NCBI RefSeq assembly: GCF_020745735.1
Contig: NC_083437.1
Span: 22,506,001 to 22,570,000 of the forward strand
DNA length: 64,000 nucleotides
Direction of reading: 5' to 3'
Source: Hemiscyllium ocellatum
Taxonomy: Eukaryota
Shown here: positions 24,850 to 37,860 of the stretch, in pieces
Numbering within the stretch: the first letter of the stretch is position 1
Layout of the letters: the number at the start of each line of letters is the position of its first letter
Position numbers and translations under genes: made by a program
The notes under the pieces: generated by a model
Told to the model about the DNA's origin: nothing
Databases searched by the model: none
What the model saw: the letters and a program-made list of their open reading frames with translations, nothing else

Positions 24850-25830
24850 ACACTATTACCAGATTTACAGATGATACAAAAACAGTCAGAAGGCAAGTAA
24901 TGACAATGGCACGAAGAGTCTACTGAATGATATAGGTTAGTTAATTGAGCAGACAAAAGCCTCATTGATGAAATAAAGCTTGGGAAAATGGGAGGTTTAG
25001 CACTTTGGCGGGGCGAGAAAAGTTGAATATTACTTAAACAAATTCTGTAGAAAGCTACAGTAAACACGGATTTAGTGATCCTAGTGTATGAATCACAAAA
25101 AGCTAGTATCCAAGTTCAGCATATAATACTGAAAAGCAAATGGAATGTTGGCTTTCATTTCAATGGAGCATAAAAATAATCTAAAACTGGAAAAGGCATT
25201 AGCCAAACTACTTAGAATACAGTGAATAAGGAAAGTTATATTGCTTTTGAGGGCAGTCGGTGAAGATTCACTCGTTTGATTCCAGACGTGAAGGGATTTT
25301 CCTAGATGAAAAGGTCAAGTAAGTTGGGCCTGCACAGATTGTCATTTAGAAGAAGAGATTTATTGAAACATACAATATGTTTAGGGGAACTTGATAAGAA
25401 TAAATGGAGAGGGGTTGTTTCCTCTTATGGGAGAGTCGAGGAACAGACAGCATAATCCCAGCACGTGGAATCATCTGTTTAAGATATGTACATGAAATTT
25501 TCTTCCGTAGATAGTGAATCTGCAAAGGCTGTCAAGGCTTGGCTATTGAGCATATTCAAGCTGAGATATACACATGTTTATAAATAAGCAAGGGCTTGGG
25601 AGATAAGGCAGGAATTAAAAGAGGAGGCAGTTTTTTTTAAAATTGAGGAGTTGCAGCCTCGGGAAGATCTCACAGGCAGACTCGAAAGAACAAAAGTTGC
25701 ACTATTTGTGATGTTACGGTCTTATGTTATGGAAGTGGAGTTGAGATTTATAAATTCTGCCATGATCTCATTCAATGACAGTCAGTCTCGGTAGGGCCCA
25801 ACGGGCTACTTCTGGTCTTATAACGATATG
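24850..25830 (+). mobile_element. Highly decayed CR1 LINE 3' region in DDOST intron 1
   Basis: Degenerate F(A/T)DDTK and ANGMLAFI motifs and a CR1-type 3' UTR. Confidence 0.7.
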
Positions 25831-25976
25831 GAACAAAGTTGTTGGATCAAGTAGTCGTTTCTTGCCCATGAATTTCTAAGCGCAATTTATTCTGCTTTTT
25901 CACAATCTCTTCAAGGTTTTACACTTCACCTTCACAGAGAAAAAGTCACTCTGCTCTATCTGCGAACACCTCCCAC

Positions 25977-26148
25977 CTGCCAGGCTTTTGAAGAACATAG
26001 AATGTGTCTCTTTCATGTTGATGTTCTCCAGAAGCACGAGCGTTCGCCCAGTCCCTTCCGCCACAGAAAGGAGAGAGACGAGCAAAAGAACAGACGTTCC
26101 TAAAACCTGCTGCATCCCCACTCGCTTTATCCTCTGACCCACCGCCAT
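25977..26148 (-). CDS. DDOST: DDOST exon 1 (signal peptide)
   Basis: gacATGG at 26148: MAVGQRIKRVGMQQVLGTSVLLLVSLLSVAEGTGRTLVLLENINMKETHSMFFKSLA|gtggga. An alternative in-frame ATG sits at 26115. Confidence 0.9.
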
Positions 26149-26159
26149 GTCCAACACCA

Positions 26160-26365
26160 CACAGAGACCGGAACCGGAAACTACCCTCCGACAACCGTAG
26201 TCCAATCGCTTGCATCCCCACGTACTCTCCCTTTCTTTATTATTCACACCATCATTGAATTTATTATTTATTTTTCGATCTCGAATCCCAAAACATTTTA
26301 AATGAAAAAAAATCTTCCAAATATTAATATCAACCACCGCCAATTCTCCAAACCAACCAATCAAC
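26160..26365. promoter_or_regulatory. DDOST proximal promoter/5' UTR with tandem ETS motifs and CCAAT boxes
   Basis: CCGGAACCGGAA at 26168-26179. CCAAT near 26202, 26340 and 26357. Locally CpG-rich. Confidence 0.55.
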
Positions 26366-27809
26366 ACCAGCCAACTTGTCACTAACGCTTCTGCAACACT
26401 GAAAGAGGTCCCCCGAGAACCTTGCACGGTCTTGGGTTTCCGCCTTCCTTTTCATGCCCAATGTATAGCAAGAGGGGATTTGCTATGATTTAATTCATCA
26501 TCTTTTCTGCACGGATGAAAAAAAATATAAGGTATACTGTAGTAAAAAATGTGTTAAACATTTGGTACTTAGAATTAGATTTACATTTAGCAATTGCTAG
26601 TCAAGTTCAAAATCAGACGTGTTAAGGCCAACATTTCACCAACGAGTTTCTACAAAATGAGATATAATTGATCTGTCTTTAGGTGGCGTAAAGACACACT
26701 TACTGCATAAACATAGAAAGGAGAATGACAAAAATACCTTATAGCGAGGATATATATATACAGCTGAAGAGATGGAGCATGGGATGTACAGTCAAGCAAA
26801 GAAGGTGATATTCGGAGTGACCAAAAGTTTGTCACAGATTTAAGGAGGGTGCTAAAGAAGAGATAGGAGTTCCAGAAGGAAATTCCAGAGCATGGATGTA
26901 CAAGAAACGAGAATCAAGCAGCAATGCTGGTAACACACATAGTCTATAATTCCATTAAAATGAATTAATTATTAAGAATAAAAGTGAAGATTATTAGTCG
27001 AACAACAACTCAGTAATCAAATGTAGTGCATTCAGATGAAGAATCCTGCCAGATTATTTATTTTTCTGAAATTATGACATACCTTATTATGGGTATACTT
27101 CAATTTTCAAAACACATTTGATAGAACTCCACATGAATTAATATTAATTAAGTTCTAACCTCAGTAAGTCAGAAAAAACTTGTATATGGAGAAAAAAATG
27201 GCTGAGGGCATAATGTTTGTAGCATAATATCTAGGTGAGGTAAGCTCTGGTGATGTGCCCTATGTTGGGATCAGTGTGTTTTCAAGTTGTATTAATGATT
27301 TAGATTCAGAACCTCTGTACAAATTGGTAAAAGGAACAGCAAATTAAAATCAGGCAGCTCAAACACTTTAAAAACTGAGAGCGAGTCAAAAACATAAATG
27401 AAATGAATGCAGACCACAGTAAATTATTGCAAATAAATTTGAATTATTGCCCACTTTCAAAATTTTAAGGATTTTCAACATAATTAACAAAAAAAACTCA
27501 AAATTACATTTCTGAATGCTGTTTTTATCTCAGACTGTACATCCAAAGTTGTTAAAGCATATATTTCACAAAGACTTTATAATCACCATGTGTAAGATAG
27601 TAGATTGTAAGGGAAAGATTAATACATAACTTTAAACCATAGGATAAGGAGACATAGGTTACAAACAATATAAGGTAAGTTTAATACTTTTATTAGAAGG
27701 TATCAGGCAAAATTAGATCAACTGTTGCAATGGTCCACCTGAAATAATGTAAGAGACACTGGACTCAGCAATGAGAAATATTGGAATTGTTTTTAAAATA
27801 AATTATTAA

Positions 27810-28035
27810 ACTATCTGTCCTCTTAGGTGGGCATAAAATAGCCCACAGCACTACTTCAAAGATGTACAGGGTGTTATCTTCATCAAAATATCTCTCAACC
27901 TACATCACACATAAAAAATAGTTGGCATCAACACATTACTGTTTCTGGGAGCTTGCTGAGTGCAAACACGCTGCCACACTTTCTATATCATAACAATGAT
28001 TACTTGTCAAAAATACTAAATTGGCTATGAATTAT
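27810..28035 (+). mobile_element. Old Deu-domain SINE remnant in the DDOST-CASP9 intergenic region
   Basis: Colinear similarity to 22590-22890 (CTGTCCTCTTAGGTGG..GGGAGCTTGCTG..GCTGCCAC..ATAACAATGATTAC..ATTGGCT). Confidence 0.5.
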
Positions 28036-28804
28036 ACAAGTCTATTTTTTAGGACTGATATCAGAAGATAGTTCATCATGCAGAGTGAAATACATCACAA
28101 TTAACACTTCAAACAGTTAGGAGCAGAGTTGTATGTGGAATCCTATAATTTACAAGCAAGTTTCAATTGAGACATTCAAAAGGGCATAGAATGATTGTTT
28201 GGATAGAAATAGTGTTCAGGGATATAGGGAAAAGGCAAGAGATTGTTGGCACTAGGTCACAAAACTGTGCAGACAGAATGGGCTAATTAGCCTCTTCCTG
28301 TCACATAATAATTCTCTGATTCAATGAAAAGTATGTGGATTGAGATAGATTTCTTAAAATTAGGCTTGTTGTTCCCAGAGGTCAGGAATCATGGACTCTG
28401 CTGGTTTAGGGCATACAGCAACATGCCCCTCAAATTAGCAGAATTCATAAACCACACAGTACCAGGTGCTGCAGGCCAAAGAGACAAATGATTAAAAATA
28501 ATTTTAACTCTGTCAAGTATTTATATAAAGAGTTATATTCTAAATGGTAAGTACGAATTCTGCCAAGTGTCTATATTCAGAGTTATTTCGTAAATGGTAA
28601 ATACTTTGCAATTTTTTTTGTATATCAATGTTGTTTATCACTCATCCCATTCCCATTTGTCCTTTGCCATAGTCTGGCCTATTTGGGTGATTGCCACCAG
28701 GGCACCCGGAACTGTCTGGCTGCCATTTGTTGAAGGTCAGAGTCTGAGAGTTGCCAGTTCGGTTCCTCCTCATTCCTGTGGGGACTTTTCTGACTTGACA
28801 AAAG

Positions 28805-28936
28805 ATGAACCAGCATCATAGAAAGCTGCTGCAGAGAAACCGCATACAGCTGGTGATAAAATTGCAGCCTGAGCTCATTTACGACTTTCTGACGGAGAAA
28901 GGCGTTTTCACCGACGACATGATAGAGGAAGTCAAG
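28805..28936 (+). CDS. CASP9: Caspase-9 exon 1 (CARD, N-terminal half)
   Basis: aagATG MNQHHRKLLQRNRIQLVIKLQPELIYDFLTEKGVFTDDMIEEVK|gtgtga, 132 nt. Not present in the supplied ORF track. Confidence 0.92.
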
Positions 28937-30273
28937 GTGTGAGAGGGATTGCGGGTCAGCGACGGTCCGAACGAAAGTTAGAAACAGATAGGTTTTCTCT
29001 TTTATTCTCCCTCCCTCTTTCTCTTTTTCTTTTAAGAAAAGTCTCTTCTCGCGGTCAAATGCGGCAAATCTCGATAGCAAGCCAGGATGGGTGTTGGTTC
29101 AGGGAGGAATTGAAGCTGCATATATTTGAATGTCTCTTGTACTCAGGTTGAGGTATCTGTAATCATCTGTGGAACCTCAGCAGGATGCACACATTATGTA
29201 TTTTATACATTTACAAATTAAATCCCAGTCACTTGTGTAAACTTACATAGCACGAGTTACTTTAAGATGTGTTTATGTTTTGATATTCAACTGCACAATT
29301 CAATCAGTTGGTGACGTTCTTATTTGGAACTTGTGTTTACCCTCCTGTTAAATGTTCAGAATGACTGCTTCTCTTGTGTATCATACATGTGTGCATCCAG
29401 CAAATGGTAATGCGCAACAAAAAAACAAAATCAAGTCAATTTGAGTAAAATGTTTTGCTAGCTTCTGTCTGCTTGCCTTTTCTTTCATAATCTCTTATCT
29501 AAGCTTATTACTTAAGTCCTAAACAAATCTATTTTCTTTTGTCTGTGGGACTGCTGTCTGTTCTCTTCCATCATCTCTTACAATTAAATCCATAATACAA
29601 AACAGGCTATTAAATGTTGACAAGTTTATAATCCTTTAGTGCAAAAACACAATCTTTGATCATGTGGAGGGTTCAAGGGTTTGAATGAAACTAACTCAAC
29701 ATGATTAAATAGGTTCAAAATCATATTTATATTTTTGCAAAAATATAAGTGCTTACCTGTTTTATTGGGGAAATACAATGAAGGTTGTGGGACTGAGCCG
29801 AAAGCAACCCCTCCAAAGGTCTAGTTTATACATTTGCTTTGTGTTGTCAGTAAGTAATAATGTAACAATAAAGAGATATCAGTTATTCTTGGGCAAAGAG
29901 TAAATCAGTTGTCCACAGTTATAAATGTATGTTTGAGAAACAGGACAGTATTGAAACAGGAGGTGTCTGAAGAGGGGCAGTGTAAAGACATCATATTTGA
30001 GAGCTATTCAGCATACTTGGGGATAAGAATAGCAGTGTTTGAATGTTTTCATCAACTGTTGCAAACTGGGCTGTATACGTGCTGAAGAGTTAAGTATCCT
30101 ATTGTCTGAAATCTGTCTTTTGATTTTAGTATTATTTTGGAAAATTAGCCATTTGAATAAACTAAATTCTAGTTAACATTGTGACTGTATATGAAAACTG
30201 CTTAGATTTGAAATTAAAGTATTTAAATGATGATCATCAACATGGAGTTGACTGAATTTCTTTTTGACTGTAG

Positions 30274-30514
30274 AAATCAGGCACACGCAGGGACCAAGCC
30301 CGTCAGTTAGTAACTGATCTGCAGACACGTGGAACAGGAGCATTTTATGCTTTTTTGGAAAGTCTGAAAGAAAGCAAGCAATATGAGCTCTTTGATCTAC
30401 TGCAAGAGGGGCTGTCTATCCAAAATAATCCCTCCATCTTTGTTAGACCGGTTCAACCCATGAAAGTATATAATCCTGTTCAGCAGGATACCCGGATTTC
30501 TCACCCAGTTCAAT
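30274..30514 (+). CDS. CASP9: Caspase-9 exon 2 (CARD C-terminal half plus linker)
   Basis: tgtag|KSGTRRDQARQLVTDLQTRGTGAFYAFLESLKES...HPVQ|gtacgt, 241 nt. Confidence 0.9.
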
Positions 30515-30859
30515 GTACGTACGGAATCTGCTTGTGCTTTTAGAAACTGATTGTTTGGGAATGTGGATTTACTTGAACCCCGTTTGGATTATTTAGTGGC
30601 TAATTTACGATCATTTGTAGTTACTGAACTTGTGATCATAAAACTCCAGCCATTGTGTTTCGGTAGATGTCAAACAGTTGCTTCTCCCTTCATTTCAGCC
30701 CTCTGAGCATTTATCAACAGAATTAAAAGGAGACTGATGGGTAAGATGGTTAAAAGGAAGACATACAGACAATGAAGCTGGAATATGTTGAAGAAGCATT
30801 GGGAAAGGAAGATAGGAAGTCTGGGATTAGATGGTTCTTGTTCTCAATACCCTGTACAG

Positions 30860-32200
30860 GAAAGTTGATGAGATGTAGGTATTGTTTTTGTTGTAAGTTA
30901 GTTCACTGGGGCTGAGAACATAATGCAGAGATACGAAGGGACAAAGCTGTGAAAACAAGGAAAAGCATTTTAAACCAGGAGCTAATATAAGTAGTGAGCA
31001 CAGAGATCAAATGGTTTTCCATTATTTAATGAGGAAAACACTATTCAACTGGGACTCGATATTAGTAAAGTGATCTGACAATACACACAGTGAGCAAGCC
31101 AAGAGAGATGATCAAAGGGTAGGCTTGGGCATGTAGAAGCTGACTCCGTATAGCTAAGGAGAGACATTTAGATGTAGATCGGAGTACAACTGAGTCAAGG
31201 ATAGCTTCGAGACAATTGCAATGGAGCAAATGAAAAGAATTACTATTGTCCAAGATGCTCTGTTCCCATTGTAGTGGTGAGATGGATAGTGAAGAGGACA
31301 GTTCCAAGGAGTGGCACAAAAGAGGCAGACCTTGTGAATACCATGTAAGACTGCAGAAACTACCTCATGGTCAGAGTCACAGAGAACATATTTTGTCATT
31401 CTGGCTTGGATGGTTTCAGGGTGGAAATCTGAAGGCACGATTTAAATTTGCAAGAAAGATGGACACAAATACCAGAAGCAAAATATTCAAGGAAATTGCA
31501 TTTGGAGCTTGGATGCTAGTTTATGACAACCCAAATATTGAGAGTTTTTCTTGGAGTTGGTTTTGAAAGAGGAGGAAGTGGTACCTGGGGAGAGAAAGTC
31601 AGTTAAATGGTCAGCAATTTTGTGGGAGTATGGTTGAAATAGCAGAGGTGGCTTCATAGACAAGGTAAGCTTGAATACAGCATTAGGGGAAATGTGACAC
31701 AAAGTGAATAATAAAGCAGGATTAATATTGGGGTGGAGGCAGAAAGGAGAGGTTTGACTTGATGGGCAAAGGTAAGGAAAGTAGCTGAACACATCAACTG
31801 AATTAACAATAAAGTCCCATGATTTCTAGGCTGGAGAGCAATGGGGAAGGAGATTTAAGGTATGGTTGTTAGTGAAAGAAAGCGGCTTGAGGTTTGCATT
31901 GTTCTCCAGGGGAGGTAAGTAGGAATATTTGGTCAAGGAAAATGAAATCCAACTTAGTTGAGTAGTTCAGTAAGACATGGCGATATTGCCTAAACCAGTT
32001 GAGCATCATATTTCTTTTAAATCTGCATCTCTAGGACCTGAGAGAGCTAAGTCGGTGAGGGGGGTGGGGGGGGTTGTTAAACCAGGGGACTGATTATGAA
32101 GAGGGAGAATAAGACATTACTAGGGATAAGGACATTGAAATGTGGAGAGGAAAGAGTGTCAATTTGGAATTGGTCAGGTGAAGAAGTAATCAGGTGAATG
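30860..32200 (-). mobile_element. Probable ancient LINE (L2-like) remnant in CASP9 intron 2
   Basis: Long purine-skewed stretch with decayed RT-like words on the minus strand. Family assignment is tentative. Confidence 0.4.
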
Positions 32201-32300
32201 AAAAACCAAAGTGGGCAGTAGGGAATTTGGACGTGTAGCTATAAATGTTTTGAAGAACTTATATATGTGCTGATCATGATTTTGTGCCCTTGTGTTTCAG

Positions 32301-32359
32301 GTTCAGACGTTGATATAGGTCTTGGTAAGCCAACTACAAAAGGACTACAAGATGACATG
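32301..32359 (+). CDS. CASP9: Caspase-9 exon 3 (linker)
   Basis: tttcag|(C)SDVDIGLGKPTTKGLQDDM|gtgagt. 59 nt, which converts phase 1 to phase 0 exactly as required between exons 2 and 4. Confidence 0.85.
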
Positions 32360-32519
32360 GTGAGTGTTTATATCAATGTCTTTACACACTGTTTATTTGT
32401 TGAGTCTTGAATAGGATGTTGTATTATGTGGGGAATAATTCAGTCCTAAATTGAAATTGTATGCAGATGTTCTGTGTTTACAATAAGCAGGTATTAATTT
32501 CTAAATGATGACATTCAGA

Positions 32520-32956
32520 AGGAGGGTTTGTGTTATCAGGAGATGCTGGATAGGCTGGGAATTTCTTCACCGGAGCACAAGAGGTTGAGGGGTGATCTTA
32601 TAGAGGTTTACAACATCATGAGGGATATAGGTAAGGTGTCTTTTGCCAGGGGTGGAATTTCAAGATGAATGGGCATATTTTTAAAGTTGGAGAATAAAGA
32701 TTTTTAAAAATCATGAGGGACAATTTTTTACACAGAGAGTGGAAATCGAATGGAATGAACTTTCAGAGGAACTAGTGGATGCAGGTACAGTTACAACATT
32801 TAAAAAACATTTATAAAAGTATAATGAATGAATAAGAAATGTTTGGAGGGATATAGGCTGAGCGTAGGCAAGTGGGACTAGTTTAGTTTGGGATTATAGT
32901 TGGCATGGTCTGCTTGGACTGAAGGGTTTGTTTCAGTGCTGAGTGACTCTATGACT
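32520..32956 (+). mobile_element. CR1 LINE 3' end
   Basis: LRGDLIEVY and FFTQRV motifs, ending in GACTCTATGACT. Confidence 0.85.
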
Positions 32957-33245
32957 TGGGTGTCTTTGCATAACGAATACAAATTGTTAGCATACAGATA
33001 CAGCAAGAAATAATAGGAAGGCAAATAGCATGTTGGCCTTTATTGTAAGGAGTTTAGACAAGAACTTTTAAAAGTTGGTTGGGGGCAAATGTTCGCAGGT
33101 AAAGGGACAGCTGGAAAATGGGAAGCCTTCAGAAATGAGATAACGAGAATCCAAAGAAAGTGTATTGCTGCAAGGTTTGTGAAGGTTTGTAGCTCAGGTT
33201 GAGGTTTAGGGTGTAAGTTTGCTCGCTGAGCTGTAGGTTTGATAT

Positions 33246-33285
33246 CCAGACGTTTCATTACCTGGCTAGGTAACATCATCAGTGG
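33246..33285 (-). ncRNA. Minimal type-I hammerhead ribozyme motif, intact
   Basis: CCA-CTGATGA-T-GTTACCT-AGCC-AGGTAAT-GAAA-CG-TC-TGG, GUC triplet. Confidence 0.82.
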
Positions 33286-36144
33286 CGACCTCCAAGTGAA
33301 GCAGAGCTGTTGTCTCCTGCTTTCTATTTATATCTTTCTCCTGGATGGGATTCCCGGGGTTTGTGGTGATGTCATTTCCTGTTTGTTTTATGAGGGGTTG
33401 ATAGAAGACATCTAGATCGATGTGTTTGTTTATGGCGTTGTGGTTGGAGTGCCAGGCTTCTAGGAATTCTCTGGCATGTCTTTGCTTAGCCTATCCAGCA
33501 AAGATGTGTTGTCCCAGTCGAAATGGTGGGTTTTTTTTCATCCGTGTGTAGGGCTACGAGGGAGATAGGGTCGTGTCTTTTTGTGGCTAGCTGGTGTTCG
33601 TGTATCCTGGCAGCTAATTTTCTTCCTGTTTGTCCCACAGTGTTTGTGGCAGTCCTTGCATGGAATTTTGTAGATGATGTTGGTTTTGTCCATTGGTTGT
33701 GCTGGGTCTTTTAAGTTTGTTAGTTTTTGTTTGAGAGTGTTGGTGGGTTTGTGTGCTACTAGGATTCTGAGGGGTCTTAGTCTGGCTGTCATTTCTGAAA
33801 TTTCTTTGATGTATGGTAAGGTGGTTAGGGTTTCTGGCTGTGTTTGGTCTGCTTGTCATAGTTTGTTCTTGAGGAATCTGCGCACTATATATTTTGAGTA
33901 TCCGTTCTTCTTGAATTCTTTGTATAGGTGGTTCTCCTCTATTTTCCGAAGTTCGTCTGTGTTGCAGTGTGTGGTGGCTTTTTGTAATAGTGTTCTGATA
34001 CAGCTTTGTTTGTGTGTGTTGGGATGGTTGCTGGTGTAGTTATGTATTTGTTCAGTGTTTGTCGGTTTTCTGTAAACGCAGGTTTGTAGTTCTCCGTTGT
34101 CCTTTCGTTCGACTGTGACGTCCTGAAATGCGAGTTTGTTGTCGGTTTATTCCTCCTTTGTGAACTTTATGCCTGTGAGTATGTTGTTGATGATGTTGAA
34201 TGTCTCTTCTGTCTTGTTTCATTTTGTGATAGCAAAGTTGTCATCTACGTAGCGCACCCAGATTTTTGGTTTGATGGTTGGTAGGGCAGTTTGTTCTAGT
34301 TACTGCTTCTGTTATGAATTCTGATAGCGGAGATCCCATGGATGTGCTGTAGGTTTGTTTGTAGACCATGTTGTTGAAAGTGAAATGGGTGGTGAGGCAC
34401 AGGTCCACTAGCTTCATGATATTTTCGTTGGTAATGTGATTGATGGTGGTTGGTGTGTGTGTGATGGTCTCTTCTGAAAGTGTGGTCAGTGTTTCCTTTG
34501 CCAGGTCGATGTTGATGGAGGTGAACAGTGTTGTTACGTCGAGTGAGATCATTGCTTTGTCTTCCTCCATTTTGGTGTTTTTGATTTTTAGGAATTCCTA
34601 GGTGGAGTGGATGGAGTGCTGTGACTCTTCTACTAGGTATTTCAGTCTTGCGTGTAGTTCTTTGGCCAGTCTGTAAGTTGGTGTTCCGGGTAGTGAGACT
34701 GTAGGTCTGAGGGAGGCTCCTGGTTGATGGAGTTTTGGTAGTCCGTAGAATCGTGGGGTGTTGGTCCCGTCGGGTTTCATTTTCTGGAATTCCGTCTTGT
34801 TTATTTGTCCGGAATTGTGTAATTTTCTAAGGAGATATGTCATTTTGTTTCCTAGTTGTGGGGTCGGGTCTAGCGCCACATGTTGGTAGGTGTTGGTGTC
34901 TGCGAATAGTGCATTGGCTTTCTCTATGTAGTTCCTTCTGTTCAGGATGACTGTGAGCCGACCTTTGTTTGCAGGTAATATAACGATGTTTTTGTATTTT
35001 TTGAAGTTTTCTAGGGCTTTCTTTTTTTGTGTGTTCAGTTTGTTTCCTTCCATCCTTTCGGCTCAGAGTAGGTGCAACTCTTAATCGTTTGATCGTTTGC
35101 TGTGTTTCTTCCGTGAGTTTGTTGTCCTTCAATGTGGTTTCTAATACTGCTAGGAAATCCTTCTTGTCAGCATCTCGGTAATTGAAATTTAATCCTTTTA
35201 CAATGTCTGTGTCCTTTTTCTGTGTCTGATAGGGTCCGGTCTGATAAGTTCTTTATCCATGCCCCTGTGTTATCGGTTTTGTCTTTTTTTGTGAGTTTGT
35301 CAAGTTTTTTCTTCAGGTCCTGATTTTTCTTTATCTGTGTTTGTCGTTGTTTGGTGTTTATGGCTCGTTCTACCGTGTCTGTCCAGTCTTGATTTGTTGC
35401 TTGCTTGAATAACGGTTTTTGGCACGCAGTTTCCTGGTTGTATTTTCGGAATCTGTGGTGGGCGTCATTGATTAGTTCTCGGAGCATTCTGCGGCCGTTT
35501 TGTTCTGTTAAACTTCTGGCTTGAGGTGTTTTTATCAGCGGTTTATATTGGAGACATTTTGGCAGTACCTGGTTTCTTAAACATTCAGTCAGAATCCCTA
35601 ACCACCTTACCATACATCAAAGAAGTTTCAGAAATGACAGCTAGTCTACCAAGATCTCTCGGAATCCCAGTAGCACACAAACCCACCAACACTCTCAAAC
35701 AAAAACTAACAAACTTAAAAGACCCAGTACAACACATGGAGAAAACCAACGTCATCTACAAAATTCCATGTACGGACTGCCACAAACACTACGTGGGACA
35801 AACAGGAAGAAAATTAGCTGCCAGGATACACGAACACCAGCTAGCCACAAAAAAGACACGACCCTCTCTCCCTCATAGATCTACACATGGATGAAAAAAA
35901 ACACCATTTCGATTGGGACAACACATCTATCCTGGACGGGCTAAGCAAAGACATGCCAGAGAATTCCTAGAGGCCTGGCACTCCAACCACAACGCCATAA
36001 ACAAACACATCGATCTAGATACTATCTATCAACCCCTCAAAAAACAAACAGGAAATGGCATCACCACAAACCCCAGGAACCCCATCCAGGACAAACATAT
36101 AAATAGAAAGCAGGAGACAACAGCTTCGCTTCACTTGGAGGTTG

Positions 36145-36184
36145 CCACTGATGATGTTACCTAGCCAGGTAATGTAACGTCTGG
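36145..36184 (+). ncRNA. Hammerhead motif with a core mutation (GAAA to GTAA), probably inactive
   Basis: CCA-CTGATGA-T-GTTACCT-AGCC-AGGTAAT-GTAA-CG-TC-TGG. Confidence 0.7.
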
Positions 36185-37549
36185 ATATCAAACCTACAGC
36201 TCAGCGAGCAAACCTACACCCTAAAGTATATTTCTGTTAGGGTGAAAGGAAAGGCTGGTAAGTATATGGAATGCTGGATGACTAATGAAATTGGGGGTTT
36301 GATTAAGAGAAAGAAGGAAGCTTATCTCCAGATTAGACAGGATAAATCGCGTGAATCCTTAGAAGAGTACAAAGGCAATAGAAGTATACTTAAGAGGGAA
36401 ATCAGGAGGGCTAAATGAGATGGCTTTGGCAAATAGAATTAAGGAGAATCCAAAGGGTTTTTACAAATACATTAAGGACAAAAGGGTAATTAGGGAGCGA
36501 ATAGGGCCCATCAAAAATTGGCAAGGTGGCCTTTGTGTGGAGCCGCAGAAAATGGGGAAGATGCTAAACGAGTATTTTGCATCAGTATGTGCTGTGGAAA
36601 AGGACATGGAAGATCTAGAATGTAGGGAATAGATGGTGACATCTTGAAAAACGTCCACATTATAGAGGAGGAAGTGCTGGATGTCTTGAAACGCATGAAG
36701 GTGGATAAATCCCCAGGACCTGATCAGGTGTACCTTAGAACTCTGTGGGAAGCTAGGGAAGTGATAGCTGGGCCTCTTGCTGAGATATTTGTATCATCGA
36801 TAGTCACAGATGAGGTGCCGGAAGACTGGAGGTTGGCAAACGTGGTGCCACTGTTTAAGAAGGGTGGTAAGGACAAGCCAGGGAACTATAGACCAGTGAG
36901 CCTGACTTTGGTGGCGGGCAAGTTGTTGGAGGGAATCCTGAGGAACAGGATGTACATGTATTTGGAAAGGCAAGCACTGATTAGGGATAGTCAACATGGC
37001 TTTGTGCGTGGGAAATCATGTCTCACAAATCTGAGTTTTTTGAAGAAGTTAAAAAAAAGGATTGATGAGGGCAGAGCGGTAGATGTGATCTATATGGACT
37101 TCAGTAAGGCACCCGACAAGGTTCCCCATGGGAGCCTGGTTAGCAAGATTAAATCTCATGGAATACAGGGAGAACCAACTATTTGGATACAGAATTGGCT
37201 AAAAGGTAGGAGACAGAGGGTGGTGTGGAGAGTTGTTTTTCATACCGGAGGCTTGTGACCAGTGGAGTGCCACAAGGATCGGTGCTGGGTCCTCTACTTT
37301 TCATCATTTGTATAAATGATTTGGATGTGAGCAAATTAGTACAATTAGTAAGTTTTGTAGAGGTGTAGTGGACAGCAAAGAAGGTTACCTCAGATTACAA
37401 CAGGATCTTGATCATGGGCCATTGGGCTGAGGAATGGCAGATAGAATTTAATTCAAATAAATGCGAGGTGCTGCATTTTGGGAAAGCAAATCTTAGCAGG
37501 ACGTATACACTTAATGGTAAGGTCCTAGGGAGTGTTGCTGAACAAAGAG

Positions 37550-37860
37550 GGGCGGCACGGTGGCACAGTGGTTAGCACTGCTGCCTCACAGCGCCTGTAG
37601 ACCCGGGTTCAATTCCCGACTCAGGCGACTGACTGTGTGGAGTTTGCACATTCTCCCCGTGTCTGCGTGGGTTTCCTCCGGGTGCTCCGGTTTCCTCCCA
37701 CAGTCACAAAGATGTGCAGGTCAGGTGAATTGGCCAAGCTAAATTGCCCGTAATGTTAGGTAAGGGGTAAATGTAGGGGTATGGGTGGGTTGCACTTCGG
37801 CGGGTCGGTGTGGACTTGTTGGGCCGAAGGGCCTGTTTCCACACTGTAAGTCTAATCTAA
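37550..37860 (+). mobile_element. Full-length V-domain SINE nested in CR1
   Basis: Box A/B, V core, (TCTAA)n tail. TSD AAAGAG at 37544-37549 and 37861-37866. Confidence 0.92.

Larger units (their letters stand above)
33171..36222 (-). mobile_element. Long Penelope/Poseidon-type PLE (RT plus GIY-YIG) with an inverted partial second copy (~35590-36222, plus strand)
   Basis: Minus-strand ORF pieces ILPANKG, PRFYGLPKLH, SLDVTTLFTSI, MGSPLS, RYVDD and IYKIPCKDC. ~37-nt left-only tail. TSD AAAGTGTATTGCTG (33157-33170) / AAAGTATATTTCTG (36223-36236). Confidence 0.95.

Noticed and set aside
25900-26427. 175-aa ORF as a stand-alone or N-terminally extended gene
   Set aside because: It is DDOST exon 1 read through promoter and intron sequence from a non-ATG start. 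The OST48-like part begins at 26148 or 26115.
28679-29080. 133-aa minus-strand ORF overlapping CASP9 exon 1
   Set aside because: No recognisable domain. It is the antisense shadow of a coding, CpG-rich exon.
32321-32330. Internal G|GTAAG donor in CASP9 exon 3
   Set aside because: Using it would shift the frame into exon 4. The downstream GTGAGT donor keeps the ORF intact.
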